Shown: one piece after another, positions 42,941 through 52,882 of the stretch
How positions within the stretch are numbered: position 1 is the stretch's first letter
How the letters are laid out: each line of letters starts with the position of its first letter
From: a virus
IMG/VR virus record: IMGVR_UViG_3300006737_000017
Location: 1 to 64,000 of that record
Direction: 5' to 3' (one strand)
Length of the DNA: 64,000 bases
Notes under the pieces: generated by a model
Database searches by the model: none
Told to the model about the DNA's origin: nothing
Seen by the model: only the letters and a program-made list of their open reading frames with translations
Position numbers and translations under genes: made by a program

Positions 42941-43246
42941 ATGGCAAAGAAAAAAATAAAAAAGACAGCTAATAAAGTTGTCAAAAAAGTTTTAGATAAA
43001 ACTGAATTGGATGAGAAAATCATTGCTCATGTAAATGAAAATAGAAGCTTATACAATTTAATACTATGTTATGTTAAATGCTATGGTGGTTATTTATTAG
43101 CAGTTGGTGCAGGTTGCACTTTTGGAGCTAATATTTGGGTTGGACTAGGTTTACTAGCTTCAGCAGCTGGATGGGCTTATTGGCAAGTATGTAAATGTAA
43201 AGCTTGTAAAGCGAATATGCCTGGTGGCACTTGTTGCAATGGATAA
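42941..43246 (+). CDS. Small membrane protein with Cys-rich tail
   Basis: Two hydrophobic segments; CKCKAC...CC. Confidence 0.55.
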   Translation: MAKKKIKKTANKVVKKVLDKTELDEKIIAHVNENRSLYNLILCYVKCYGGYLLAVGAGCTFGANIWVGLGLLASAAGWAYWQVCKCKACKANMPGGTCCNG

Positions 43247-43628
43247 GTATATTTACAGAGGAAAGTTAGAGAGAGTAGTTGATGGAGATACTATTGATGC
43301 TCTCATTGATGTAGGTTTTGACATTTGGCTTAAGAAAAGAGTTAGGTATTCAGAAATAGATACCTGGGAAAGCCGAACAAGAAATCTAGAAGAAAAGAAA
43401 TTAGGATTAGCTGCAAAAGCTAGAAATAAAGAATTACTAATGGAAGTAAGTTCAAAGCCAGGTTTCTTTAGAATTAAATCTCATGGTCTTGGGAAATATG
43501 GAAGACTCCTTGGAGAAATTTATATACAAGACAAAGATGGTAAAGAAATTTGTATTAATAAGCAATTAATAACTGAAGGACATGCTTATACATACGACGG
43601 AGGAAAGAAAAAAATCTTTTCTTCATAA
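43239..43628 (+). CDS. Thermonuclease (SNase-like)
   Basis: RVVDGDTID, IDTWESR, GKYGRLLG, INKQLITEGHA..YDGG. Confidence 0.88.
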   Translation: MDKYIYRGKLERVVDGDTIDALIDVGFDIWLKKRVRYSEIDTWESRTRNLEEKKLGLAAKARNKELLMEVSSKPGFFRIKSHGLGKYGRLLGEIYIQDKDGKEICINKQLITEGHAYTYDGGKKKIFSS

Positions 43629-43644
43629 ATAAAGGGAAAATGTT

Positions 43645-43794
43645 ATGATAAATTGGATAAACGGTTTTGATGCCGGAAATAAAAAGGAAAAGTACTATCT
43701 AGAATTTAGATTAGGAACTTTTACAGTATTAGAATTAAAATGGGAATCTAAGAAGTTTAGATTTATGATATTTAACTTGGGATTTGAAATATGA
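43645..43794 (+). CDS. Small hypothetical protein (49 aa, not in ORF track)
   Basis: MINWINGF...FRLGTFTVLEL...FNLGFEI; ATGA overlap with the next gene. Confidence 0.5.
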   Translation: MINWINGFDAGNKKEKYYLEFRLGTFTVLELKWESKKFRFMIFNLGFEI

Positions 43795-46700
43795 GAAAAT
43801 TTTTATTTTTATTATTAGTATTACCAACGGTTATGTTTGCTCAAACTGACAGTTGGGTTCAATTTGCAGTACAATACGATTATTGGGGAAATCAAGAATC
43901 AGCATTTACTTTTGTATCTGATGCAAATGGTGATACAGTTTTATATCACCAACCAACGCAACCTTGGGAATATTTAGATACAATAGTTAATTGCAATTCA
44001 GGACCATACATAATTACATTAAATGATGATTTTGGTGATGGTTGGGGATCATATCAACAAGGACAGTTAATGTCACCATTTCCAGAATTCAAAATGCAAA
44101 ATGATTGTCAAGGAATGATATTCTATGCTGATTCAACTTCACTATTAGGTTTTTCAGTATTAGATACATTAGTTAATATCAATCCATGTGCACCACCTGT
44201 ATCAGGTTGCTTAGATACAAATGCATTAAATTTCAACCCACTTGCTACCATTGATGACGGATCTTGTACTTATCCACCATGCAGTGGTTTTCTTACGTCT
44301 ACAGCATCACAAACATGTTTACCGAATGGACAAACGCTAGCTCAATTCTTTTGGACTTTAGATGGAAATGTTAGTTGTGAACCAGTATTATTTTGGTATT
44401 CAAATGAAGATGGAGTTGGACCTTTTCAATATGGATTAGGTTATGGAGCAACTGATTTTGCAGTTTATGCTGGTAATGGTCAGATGCCACCTAATTGGTC
44501 AGTAGAACATTATGGATGGGTAGAATTTGCAGATGGTACATTATCAGATACTATTGCAATTACACCAACACCCTGTATAGGCGGATGTACTGATCCTGCT
44601 CAAATATCATATAATCCATGGGCAACATTCGATGATGGATCTTGTTCAGGAACAACTTGTGATACAAATACTCAATATCAAATATCTCTTTCTTTAACTT
44701 TAGATAATTGGCCAGGAGAAACAAGCTGGCAATTCGTTGATGGATTAGGTAATACAGTTGATTATCCAACTGGAACATACGATTTCAATGATATAGGTCA
44801 AACTTACACTTATTCATTCTGTGTAGATCAAAACGCTGCATTTGAATTAATATTAAATGACGACTTCGGTGATGGGATGGCAGGTTCTACATCAGGAGGT
44901 TCTATTGATGGAGCAGCAGTAATATATGATTGTTCTGGTGATACTATTTGGTATATGGATAATCCCGGTTTTGGAAATGTATTATATTCAGGACCTCAAA
45001 CAGCAACACCTTGTCCTACTATTCCAGTAATAGATGGATGCACAGATGATGACTATGTAGAATTTAATCCAGCAGCAAATGTTGATGATGGTTCATGCTT
45101 AACATTACATACTTACGGATGTACTGATTCTAATGCATTTAATTATGACGCATCTGCAACAATGATGGACCTTATTCCAGATTGTAATTATGAATTATGG
45201 ATAGGAGATGCTGGAGGTGATGGTTGGGGTAACTCATTCATTGGTATATATCAAAATGGCATTGATCTTGGAACATATACATTAGGACCGGGAAGTTATC
45301 AAAATACTTGGAATATTATATTAGACCCAGGAGTTCCAGTAGAAGTTAGATACTTTGAAGTTGGTGGACCACAACAACCACCACAAGAAGTACAATTTCA
45401 AACGTGGCACAATTCATTCAAGCTAACTAATGCAGATGGGTTTGTATTATTACATGAAGGACAGAATCCTTTTGCAAATAATGGACAGGGAGCACTTCAA
45501 TCTTTCGAATCTCCTTTCTGGACAAAATACGTAGGTATTCCATTCTGTGGTAACACTTGTATTCCAAAGATATTTGGTTGTACTGATTCAACATCATTTA
45601 ACTATGACCCATTAGCTAATACAGATGATGGAAATTGTATTCCAATTATCTATGGCTGTACAAACGATTTAGCTTTCAATTACGATTCACTAGCTAATAC
45701 AGATGATGGTTCATGTATAGGATATATTTACGGATGTACAGATACAATCGCTGACAATTATAATTCAGTTGCAAATACTGATGATGGCTCATGCTATTAT
45801 ATCGGTTGCACGGATAGCACAGCATTGAACTACGATCCAACAGCTACAGTTAATAATGGATGTGTCTATCCAATATATGGATGCACTGATCCAACAGCAT
45901 TTAATTATGACCCATTAGCTAATGTAAATGATTCAACATGTATACCAGTAATAATTGGATGTATGGATCCTACTATGTACAATTACGATGCAGCAGCTAA
46001 TACACCATCAGGTATTTGTATTCCGTTTATCTATGGTTGTACAGATTCTACAGCATTTAATTATGATCCACTTGCTAATACAGATAACGGTACATGTCAA
46101 GTAGTTGTATATGGATGTACTAACCCAATAGCATTAAATTATGATCCTCAAGCAAATACAGACGACTTATCTTGTATCCTTCCAATTTACGGATGTACTG
46201 ATTCAACCATGTTTAATTACAATCCTCTGGCAAATACTGATAATGGAACTTGTATCCCTTACATATATGGATGTACTAATGCTAATGCATTAAATTACGA
46301 TGCAACAGCAAATACAGATGATGGAACTTGTATATTACCAATATACGGTTGTACAGATTCTACAATGTGGAATTATAACCCTCTAGCAAATGTAGACAAT
46401 GGCAATTGCATTCCATTTATTTATGGTTGTAATGACCCAACAGCATTAAATTATGATCCATTAGCAAATACATCAGATAACAGCTGTTGTTATATATCTG
46501 GATGTACTGATCCAACAGCATTGAACTATGATCCTAACGCTTGTTTTGATGATAATTCTTGTATAGAAATAATAACAGGATGTACTGATGTATCAGCTTA
46601 CAATTACAATCCACTAGCAAATGTTTCAGATTCTACAGCTTGTTTATATGATGCAGGATGTTACGGAGGACCAGGAATACCATATTGGTTAAACGATGGA

Positions 46701-47039
46701 TGTTATGCTTGGGTAATAGATGTAGACGATTATTGCTGCACTACTGATTGGGATGCTTCATGTCAATCAATGTATGATTACTGTCAACAAGGCTGGCCAG
46801 TATCAGTAGAAGAATTATCTGGTTCAGGTACTATTATAGTTTATCCTAACCCTTCTGAAGATATATTTAATATAGATACAAGATTAGACATTGAAGTAGA
46901 GATTTACGATTTATCAGGAAGAACAATCTTAAAATCAAAGGAAAAAAGAATTTCACTAGCAGGATATCCTTCTGGATTATATAATATGGTAATTATACAC
47001 GATGGAAGAAGATTCCAACAGAGATTAGTAAAACAATAA
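43791..47039 (+). CDS. Secreted Cys/Asp-rich repeat protein with T9SS type-A C-terminal sorting domain
   Basis: Signal peptide MRKFLFLLLVLPTVMFAQ; about 18 GCTD..A.NY.P.AN.DDG.C repeats; C-terminal VYPNP...IYDLSGR...GLY...RLVKQ. Confidence 0.85.
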   Translation: MRKFLFLLLVLPTVMFAQTDSWVQFAVQYDYWGNQESAFTFVSDANGDTVLYHQPTQPWEYLDTIVNCNSGPYIITLNDDFGDGWGSYQQGQLMSPFPEFKMQNDCQGMIFYADSTSLLGFSVLDTLVNINPCAPPVSGCLDTNALNFNPLATIDDGSCTYPPCSGFLTSTASQTCLPNGQTLAQFFWTLDGNVSCEPVLFWYSNEDGVGPFQYGLGYGATDFAVYAGNGQMPPNWSVEHYGWVEFADGTLSDTIAITPTPCIGGCTDPAQISYNPWATFDDGSCSGTTCDTNTQYQISLSLTLDNWPGETSWQFVDGLGNTVDYPTGTYDFNDIGQTYTYSFCVDQNAAFELILNDDFGDGMAGSTSGGSIDGAAVIYDCSGDTIWYMDNPGFGNVLYSGPQTATPCPTIPVIDGCTDDDYVEFNPAANVDDGSCLTLHTYGCTDSNAFNYDASATMMDLIPDCNYELWIGDAGGDGWGNSFIGIYQNGIDLGTYTLGPGSYQNTWNIILDPGVPVEVRYFEVGGPQQPPQEVQFQTWHNSFKLTNADGFVLLHEGQNPFANNGQGALQSFESPFWTKYVGIPFCGNTCIPKIFGCTDSTSFNYDPLANTDDGNCIPIIYGCTNDLAFNYDSLANTDDGSCIGYIYGCTDTIADNYNSVANTDDGSCYYIGCTDSTALNYDPTATVNNGCVYPIYGCTDPTAFNYDPLANVNDSTCIPVIIGCMDPTMYNYDAAANTPSGICIPFIYGCTDSTAFNYDPLANTDNGTCQVVVYGCTNPIALNYDPQANTDDLSCILPIYGCTDSTMFNYNPLANTDNGTCIPYIYGCTNANALNYDATANTDDGTCILPIYGCTDSTMWNYNPLANVDNGNCIPFIYGCNDPTALNYDPLANTSDNSCCYISGCTDPTALNYDPNACFDDNSCIEIITGCTDVSAYNYNPLANVSDSTACLYDAGCYGGPGIPYWLNDGCYAWVIDVDDYCCTTDWDASCQSMYDYCQQGWPVSVEELSGSGTIIVYPNPSEDIFNIDTRLDIEVEIYDLSGRTILKSKEKRISLAGYPSGLYNMVIIHDGRRFQQRLVKQ
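45573..46643 (+). repeat. Tandem array of 14 degenerate ~26-aa (~78-nt) GCTD repeats
   Basis: Counted in the translation from FGCTDSTSFNY to TGCTDVSAYNY. Confidence 0.85.
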
Positions 47040-47058
47040 AAGATTAGGAAAGATTAAT

Positions 47059-48144
47059 ATGAAAAAGTTTTTGTATATATTAGCAACTATTTTAATTGCA
47101 TCTTGTGCAGTACCAAAAAAATGCTGTGCTCAAGACGATAGCAAATTCAAAAAAGAACTTAAAAAGATATTTAAGTTTTCTACATTCTATGGAGCTGTAA
47201 ATGGTGGTAACTCAGTTTCTGATGTAGATGTATTCTCTATTACAAATGGGCTAGAAACTCAAACAGTATCTACACCCTTTGACTATTCTATAGCATTTGG
47301 AGTAAGAAAAATTGCTAGATTGGGATATGAAAATAGAGCTAATACTTTTTACAATGGTACAGAAAACTCTTTTTCAGATGCTGCAACTATTGGTAAAATA
47401 AAAGGTTTTGAATTTTTATTTGAAGCAGACCTAGCAAGACAACAAGGTATTGAATTCCTAAATCAACAACACTTCTTAAGATATATTGCTGATAACTGGA
47501 TTGTAAAAGCAGAATATTTACAAGATGGTTTTGCAGATATCCAATACTTCGAAGCTTCAGAAAGATATAGACTAAAGGTTGGTAAAAAATTATCCTTTAA
47601 TATAGGAGCTGTACAAAGATTATCCGAACCTTATGGGTTTGATCCATTAGAAGAATGGTTATTATCAAATGGTAATCTACACTATACTGACCTAGCTTTA
47701 CAAGAAGGATATTCAGTTCAATTCGATGGACAGGGAGGAGTAACATACTATAATCCATCTGGCAATTTAGTAGCAGAAAATACGCAAATTTGGGAGGGTG
47801 TTGTAATACCTCAAGCTTTATCTGATTACGTAGAAAAAGAAAGAAATAAGTTAGAACAAAATTTACAGCATTCTGTTGTAATTGGTTTTGACTATTATCA
47901 TTATACAAAAGACTTTTGGTTACACTCTTGGGGAAATATAATGCCATATCATTATGACGATGGTGGAGAATTTTCATATCATAAATTCCACGGTGGACAA
48001 TGGATAGATTACTCAGGAGGATTAATATTTGGGTATTACATCATACCAAAGAAATTAGGATTATTCGTAGAAGGAAAATATAATAAATATTGGAATAGAA
48101 ACTGGCATGACTTTAGTTTCGGTTTCAATTATGTAATTAGATAA
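47059..48144 (+). CDS. Putative outer-membrane beta-barrel protein
   Basis: N-terminal signal with LIASC; aromatic alternating strands; C-terminal FSFGFNYVIR. Confidence 0.6.
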   Translation: MKKFLYILATILIASCAVPKKCCAQDDSKFKKELKKIFKFSTFYGAVNGGNSVSDVDVFSITNGLETQTVSTPFDYSIAFGVRKIARLGYENRANTFYNGTENSFSDAATIGKIKGFEFLFEADLARQQGIEFLNQQHFLRYIADNWIVKAEYLQDGFADIQYFEASERYRLKVGKKLSFNIGAVQRLSEPYGFDPLEEWLLSNGNLHYTDLALQEGYSVQFDGQGGVTYYNPSGNLVAENTQIWEGVVIPQALSDYVEKERNKLEQNLQHSVVIGFDYYHYTKDFWLHSWGNIMPYHYDDGGEFSYHKFHGGQWIDYSGGLIFGYYIIPKKLGLFVEGKYNKYWNRNWHDFSFGFNYVIR

Positions 48145-48155
48145 GGAAGAGAAAA

Positions 48156-48410
48156 ATGGCAAGACCCACTAATGAACATTTGTACAGTGAAATCAAACTT
48201 GTAAAACAAGATGTAGAATATCTTAAAGATGGACAGACTAAAATGCAAGAAGATTTAACAATGATAAAAAAACAATTATTGGGACCAGATGATGGTGCTA
48301 TTGCTAGAATAAATAAAAACACAGAGTATAGAAAAAAGACTCAAAAGGTTCTATGGTCTATTTGGGTAGCTCTGTTAGGTATTGTAGGTAAAATGATATT
48401 TTGGGATTAA
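48156..48410 (+). CDS. Coiled-coil protein with C-terminal TM (holin-accessory-like)
   Basis: Heptad region followed by VLWSIWVALLGIVG. Confidence 0.5.
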   Translation: MARPTNEHLYSEIKLVKQDVEYLKDGQTKMQEDLTMIKKQLLGPDDGAIARINKNTEYRKKTQKVLWSIWVALLGIVGKMIFWD

Positions 48411-48413
48411 ACT

Positions 48414-48704
48414 ATGGCAAAAGAAATAAACGAAGACTCAGGTTTTAAGGTAAGTATAAAAACGTTAATAGCTATTGGTTTTGCAATGGCAACAATTATT
48501 GGTATGTGGTTTGCACTTCAAGCGGATATTCAGGAAGCAAAAGAACTTCCGGTTCCACCACCACCAGATGTCACCAGAATGGAATTTGACATGAAAGATA
48601 AAAATATACGTCTAACTATCGAAAATACTGCAGATGATGTAGAAGAACTGAAAGAGGATCTAGATAGAATCGAAGAAAAAATAGACAACTTACAAAGGAG
48701 ATAG
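48414..48704 (+). CDS. Membrane-anchored coiled-coil protein
   Basis: TM LIAIGFAMATIIGMWFAL, Pro linker, heptads. Confidence 0.55.
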   Translation: MAKEINEDSGFKVSIKTLIAIGFAMATIIGMWFALQADIQEAKELPVPPPPDVTRMEFDMKDKNIRLTIENTADDVEELKEDLDRIEEKIDNLQRR

Positions 48705-48707
48705 GTT

Positions 48708-49055
48708 ATGAAATTATTTAAGTTATTATTACTATTGTTATTACCATTTATAGGATTAGGGCAAACACTAAAGGTAAATGGAGAATTAACAATAGTTCAC
48801 TTTAATGCAGGTTGGAATTCAGCAAATGATGTTGAATGGATTGGAGATTTAGAAAATTGTAAGATTAAAAGATGTGATATAGCAACTGATACTAAGGCTC
48901 AAAACAAATGGGAAATAGTAGTTGTACCTACAATAATAATATTCAATGAAGGTGAAGAGGTAAAAAGATATCAAGCTGATATTTCTTTTTCTATGAAAGC
49001 AACCTTAGAAGAGGTTCAGGAAAAAATTAATGAAATATATGGAGATGACTTCTAA
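48708..49055 (+). CDS. Exported thioredoxin-fold protein lacking CxxC
   Basis: Signal peptide; VHFNAGWN where WCxxC is usual; VVPTIIIF.EGEEV.R. Confidence 0.7.
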   Translation: MKLFKLLLLLLLPFIGLGQTLKVNGELTIVHFNAGWNSANDVEWIGDLENCKIKRCDIATDTKAQNKWEIVVVPTIIIFNEGEEVKRYQADISFSMKATLEEVQEKINEIYGDDF

Positions 49056-49270
49056 TGTGGAAATTATTCAAAGATCAAAACGATATAAATGAAAAAGCAA
49101 TTGTGGGCTTTGCCTCTTTTGTTTTAATGGTGATATTCGCAATCTGCGATTTAATTACTGGTTGGTGCGGAATGGAACTAGTAATAAATGAAGTAATATA
49201 TAACTCCTTCGTTATTGTAACGCTAGGATCATTCGGCATAAGCTCAATAGAGAAAATAAAAGGAAAATAA
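49055..49270 (+). CDS. Holin-like two-TM protein
   Basis: Two TM segments with charged termini, directly upstream of the lysin candidate. Confidence 0.5.
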   Translation: MWKLFKDQNDINEKAIVGFASFVLMVIFAICDLITGWCGMELVINEVIYNSFVIVTLGSFGISSIEKIKGK

Positions 49271-49273
49271 TAA

Positions 49274-49876
49274 ATGTACACAAGAGAACAGGTAGAAGCT
49301 GCCGTAAAAGCTAAAGGGTATAAATGGTTTGAAAATGGTGATTTGAACGTAAACATCGTTGGTATTAGAAATATGGAAGCAGGAGAAAGAGTAACTAACA
49401 AATTCGATGATCACTTAACAATATCTTATAAGATAGATGGGGAATGGTGCTATGAAATATTTAATTGCACAACAGATCCTGGTGATGATTGGATGGATAA
49501 ACCTATGAATGATAAAGGCTGTGCTATTTTAGTACCAGGTCAATACAGAGGTTCACACAAATTAAGATTACACCAAGGAAGATACTTAGCTTTAGGACAA
49601 CAAAGATCTGTTAAAGTTTACAGAGATAGAGATAAAGATGGAAAATACGATTTTGATCCATCAACAATAGACGAAGGTTTATTTGGAATTAATATTCACA
49701 GAGCAACAAAGCATGCTGGTAAAACTTCTACTTATGTAGATAAATGGTCAGCTGGTTGTCAAGTAATTGCTAGTAATGATGATTGGCATTGTTTCTTAGA
49801 TATTTGTCAAGCTGCTAGAGATGCTTGGAATAATAATTTTACATACACTTTACTTGAATCTACTGATCTAGCTTGA
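49274..49876 (+). CDS. Putative endolysin (L,D-transpeptidase-like His/Cys motif)
   Basis: GINIHRA...WSAGCQV matches H-x(n)-S-x-G-C. Confidence 0.6.
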   Translation: MYTREQVEAAVKAKGYKWFENGDLNVNIVGIRNMEAGERVTNKFDDHLTISYKIDGEWCYEIFNCTTDPGDDWMDKPMNDKGCAILVPGQYRGSHKLRLHQGRYLALGQQRSVKVYRDRDKDGKYDFDPSTIDEGLFGINIHRATKHAGKTSTYVDKWSAGCQVIASNDDWHCFLDICQAARDAWNNNFTYTLLESTDLA

Positions 49877-49901
49877 TATTTATAACAAAGAGGAAATAAT
49901 C

Positions 49902-50273
49902 ATGACAAAATTTGACGATATGAAATGGAGAAGAGAAAACTACGAAGGTAAGTTTTTAGTTAAAGAAGGAATTGAATTTCAAGCCATTTTAGTAAAAGAT
50001 GCAATGGTAAAATTTAATGTAAAACCAACTGGAGGTTCAGTCGGTGCATTACAATTCGCTGGTCAAAGTTATGCTAAAGTTCCTAAAGGCACATTCCTTA
50101 TTGGTTTACCAGGAGGTTTATTTGCTGTTAATATAAAAAAGAAATTTGCAATGGCATTAACAACTGGTAGAAGAAATTGGTTAGATGCTCAAGACAAATT
50201 AAAAGACAGTGATGTCGGGGGAACAAATATGGCACCACAATTTTCACAATGGAGAGACTTACTAAAACGTTAG
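49902..50273 (+). CDS. Hypothetical protein
   Basis: GAGGA upstream; ATATTTAT box at 49876. Confidence 0.6.
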   Translation: MTKFDDMKWRRENYEGKFLVKEGIEFQAILVKDAMVKFNVKPTGGSVGALQFAGQSYAKVPKGTFLIGLPGGLFAVNIKKKFAMALTTGRRNWLDAQDKLKDSDVGGTNMAPQFSQWRDLLKR

Positions 50274-50282
50274 GAGAGAATA

Positions 50283-50591
50283 ATGAAATTAAAGAAAATA
50301 ATCAAAGAACACGCTTTAGGAGAGTTACCATCTTCTAAATTAAAGAAAATGAAATGGAATCCTGTTACTGATCCAAAACCAGTTAATGAAGAAACTGTTA
50401 ACGAGGGCGGGATGTCAAATATCAAAAGACCAAGAGATTTAAGTAGAATGGAAGGATTACATAATCTAAAGCACATGAAAGAAATGATTAAATATGCTTC
50501 TTTACTATATCAAGATATGGAAGAAGAAGGATTTGATGGCCCAGATATTTACGATTTCTTATTTTATAAAATCAATAAGACTAATCTCTAA
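50283..50591 (+). CDS. Putative head-cargo protein with MKLKKIIKE tag
   Basis: Tag plus VNE sites. Confidence 0.5.
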   Translation: MKLKKIIKEHALGELPSSKLKKMKWNPVTDPKPVNEETVNEGGMSNIKRPRDLSRMEGLHNLKHMKEMIKYASLLYQDMEEEGFDGPDIYDFLFYKINKTNL

Positions 50592-52135
50592 TGAAATTTT
50601 CAAAGATCATAGAAAACATATTATCAGAAAAAAACAAGTCTCTTGCTAAAAAGGCAGAAAAAACTGGTATTTCTTATAGTATTCTAAAGAAAGTATACGA
50701 TAGAGGAATGGCAGCATGGAATTCTGGTCACAATCCTGGAACTCCTCAAGCTGCTTGGGCAATGGGAAGAGTAAATTCTTTTATTACTGGTAAAGGTGGA
50801 GCAAGAAAAGCTGATGCTGATTTATGGAAAGGTAGAAAGAAAGAATCTATAGAAGAAATCAGAAAAGGCGATTACGTTGATTCAATGGGAGAAATTGGTT
50901 TAGTTAATAAAGTAAAAGGTCAAGTAGCTTATGTTAAGTTTGATTCTAACCCAAAAAGCTTTCATCCAATGATGGCATCATCATTAAAGAAATCTGGTAA
51001 ACACAAGGGAAAAGATTTATACACAGAAGGCAAATTAACTGAAAGTATGATTGGTATACAAACCAAAGCAAACTTCAAACCTAATACATTGAAAGGCGAA
51101 TTAGAAAGAGCTGGAATCAAGGGTTTTCAGATGAATAGATTATCTGTAACAATGACTGCATTGAAATTGGATAAGAAAGATTTCGAAAAAGCTAAAAAGA
51201 TTATAGATAAAATACCTACAGCTAAAATTCAAATGGCTAAGGAAGGTAAAGTAGATAAAGAATATACAAAAGGTTTATCTAACAAGAAAAAGAAGTACGG
51301 CTCTAAAGATGCAATGGAAAAAGAAATAGAAAAGTACAAAGGAAAAGATAAATACAAAGCAGATTGGGATGCCGACTATAAAAAAGACAAAGACGGCAAG
51401 AAAGTAAAGATTAAAACTAAAAAAGGTGCAGCATCTAAAGCTTATGCAAAGATGTATGGAGAATATTTTGGAATAGGAGACATTCAAGATGTAGTTCCAG
51501 AATGGACAACTTTTGCTAAAGATAATCCCAAGTGGACTCCTGATCAAGGTTTAGGAGATGGAGTTGAATTAGAAGAAGCACCATTTGGTTTTACAGGAGT
51601 ACCATTTCCTCAAGAAACTCCTAATGAATTTGCATACTTAGATTTCAAAAAATACGTTTACAAAAACCAAAAAAGCATAAAAAATAAATTGGGATTAGTT
51701 AGACCCGATAAGATGTTCAAAGCAATAGAATTACTTTGGATCATGTGGGCAAAGAGATTTGCAAAAGAATGGTCAAACGTCAAAGGAAATAAATTTGGTA
51801 GAGAATTAACAAAGATGCTTTGGAAAGATAATTTATTATTTGATAAATCTGGTAACAAGATAACTAAATTACAAGAAGCTTCATCAGTTTGGAAAGTACT
51901 AGATGCAAAATGGAAATTGCAGGATGAGATAATGGACTTAGAAATGGACATGAAAGAAATAACTAAAGACTTATCTCAACTCCATAAAGACATGGAACAA
52001 GAAGCTGAACCAGGTGGAGGTAGAATTGCTGATAGATATGGTCGAGAAATAGAAAAGAAAGAAAAAGAATATAAAAAGAAAAAAGCCGAATTCAAAAGGC
52101 TTATGGCTAAACTCGACAGATTAGAATCATATTAG
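50591..52135 (+). CDS. Modular putative internal head polyprotein
   Basis: MKFSKIIENILSE tag; modules separated by IEE/LTE/AKE/LEE/LQE; first module VYDRGMAAW...WAMGRVNSF. Confidence 0.55.
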   Translation: MKFSKIIENILSEKNKSLAKKAEKTGISYSILKKVYDRGMAAWNSGHNPGTPQAAWAMGRVNSFITGKGGARKADADLWKGRKKESIEEIRKGDYVDSMGEIGLVNKVKGQVAYVKFDSNPKSFHPMMASSLKKSGKHKGKDLYTEGKLTESMIGIQTKANFKPNTLKGELERAGIKGFQMNRLSVTMTALKLDKKDFEKAKKIIDKIPTAKIQMAKEGKVDKEYTKGLSNKKKKYGSKDAMEKEIEKYKGKDKYKADWDADYKKDKDGKKVKIKTKKGAASKAYAKMYGEYFGIGDIQDVVPEWTTFAKDNPKWTPDQGLGDGVELEEAPFGFTGVPFPQETPNEFAYLDFKKYVYKNQKSIKNKLGLVRPDKMFKAIELLWIMWAKRFAKEWSNVKGNKFGRELTKMLWKDNLLFDKSGNKITKLQEASSVWKVLDAKWKLQDEIMDLEMDMKEITKDLSQLHKDMEQEAEPGGGRIADRYGREIEKKEKEYKKKKAEFKRLMAKLDRLESY

Positions 52136-52144
52136 GAGACAATC

Positions 52145-52882
52145 TTGATACGCTACACGATGGTAAACGGTACTCAGACTATACAAGAAGTATGCGAATG
52201 TTGTGGCGAAATAACATCTGATCTACATATTTCAGAAATAACTGTAAAGGCTCCAGATGATCCAAGAGATATTATCATCAAAGACAAAGATAATAATAAT
52301 CTAACATTAAAAACCAAAGAAAGATTCATAGCAGATAGGACGGCTTCTTTTATTAAAGAAGGTTTAATGGATGAAGATGATGCAGTTGAATTTAGAACCA
52401 AAAAGGAATTGAAATATGGTATGAGACCAGATGCAATGTGCAGTATGTCTATAGATATAGTAAATGGAGTAACTCAATCTTTCTGCTACAAAACAGACAA
52501 TAACGAATTCCTTAAAAAATATAGTTCAAGCTTTCATGCATCAACAGAAAAAGAATCAACTGAGTTAGGCGTAAAAGTTGGTGTAGATAGAAAAGGAAAC
52601 ATCATCAGAATGAAATCTGAAAAACGTGTAGACTTAGTTACTAGAAGAGTTAAATTAAAAGCTAATGGAGATGAAGAGGAAGTAAAATATAAAGGACAAT
52701 TCGAAACTCCTTGGTTCAGAGAGTTAGAAGATAGAACTAGAACTTTATATCACAAGACAATGCTTGATTGTAAAACTGCTATAAAAGAATTTGGTGAAAA
52801 AGAAGTAGAATCAGGTAAAGCAATGGCAAGATTCAAAACAGTAGATGAATTCAAAAAATATATAGACAAGAATTGCAGATAA
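52145..52882 (+). CDS. Hypothetical protein
   Basis: AGGAG before TTG start; CECC motif. Confidence 0.55.
   Translation: MIRYTMVNGTQTIQEVCECCGEITSDLHISEITVKAPDDPRDIIIKDKDNNNLTLKTKERFIADRTASFIKEGLMDEDDAVEFRTKKELKYGMRPDAMCSMSIDIVNGVTQSFCYKTDNNEFLKKYSSSFHASTEKESTELGVKVGVDRKGNIIRMKSEKRVDLVTRRVKLKANGDEEEVKYKGQFETPWFRELEDRTRTLYHKTMLDCKTAIKEFGEKEVESGKAMARFKTVDEFKKYIDKNCR

Noticed and set aside
45573-46643. Regularly spaced repeats as a CRISPR array or DGR target
   Set aside because: The repeats are degenerate at synonymous positions and encode in-frame protein repeats. There is no constant repeat/unique spacer structure and no reverse transcriptase.
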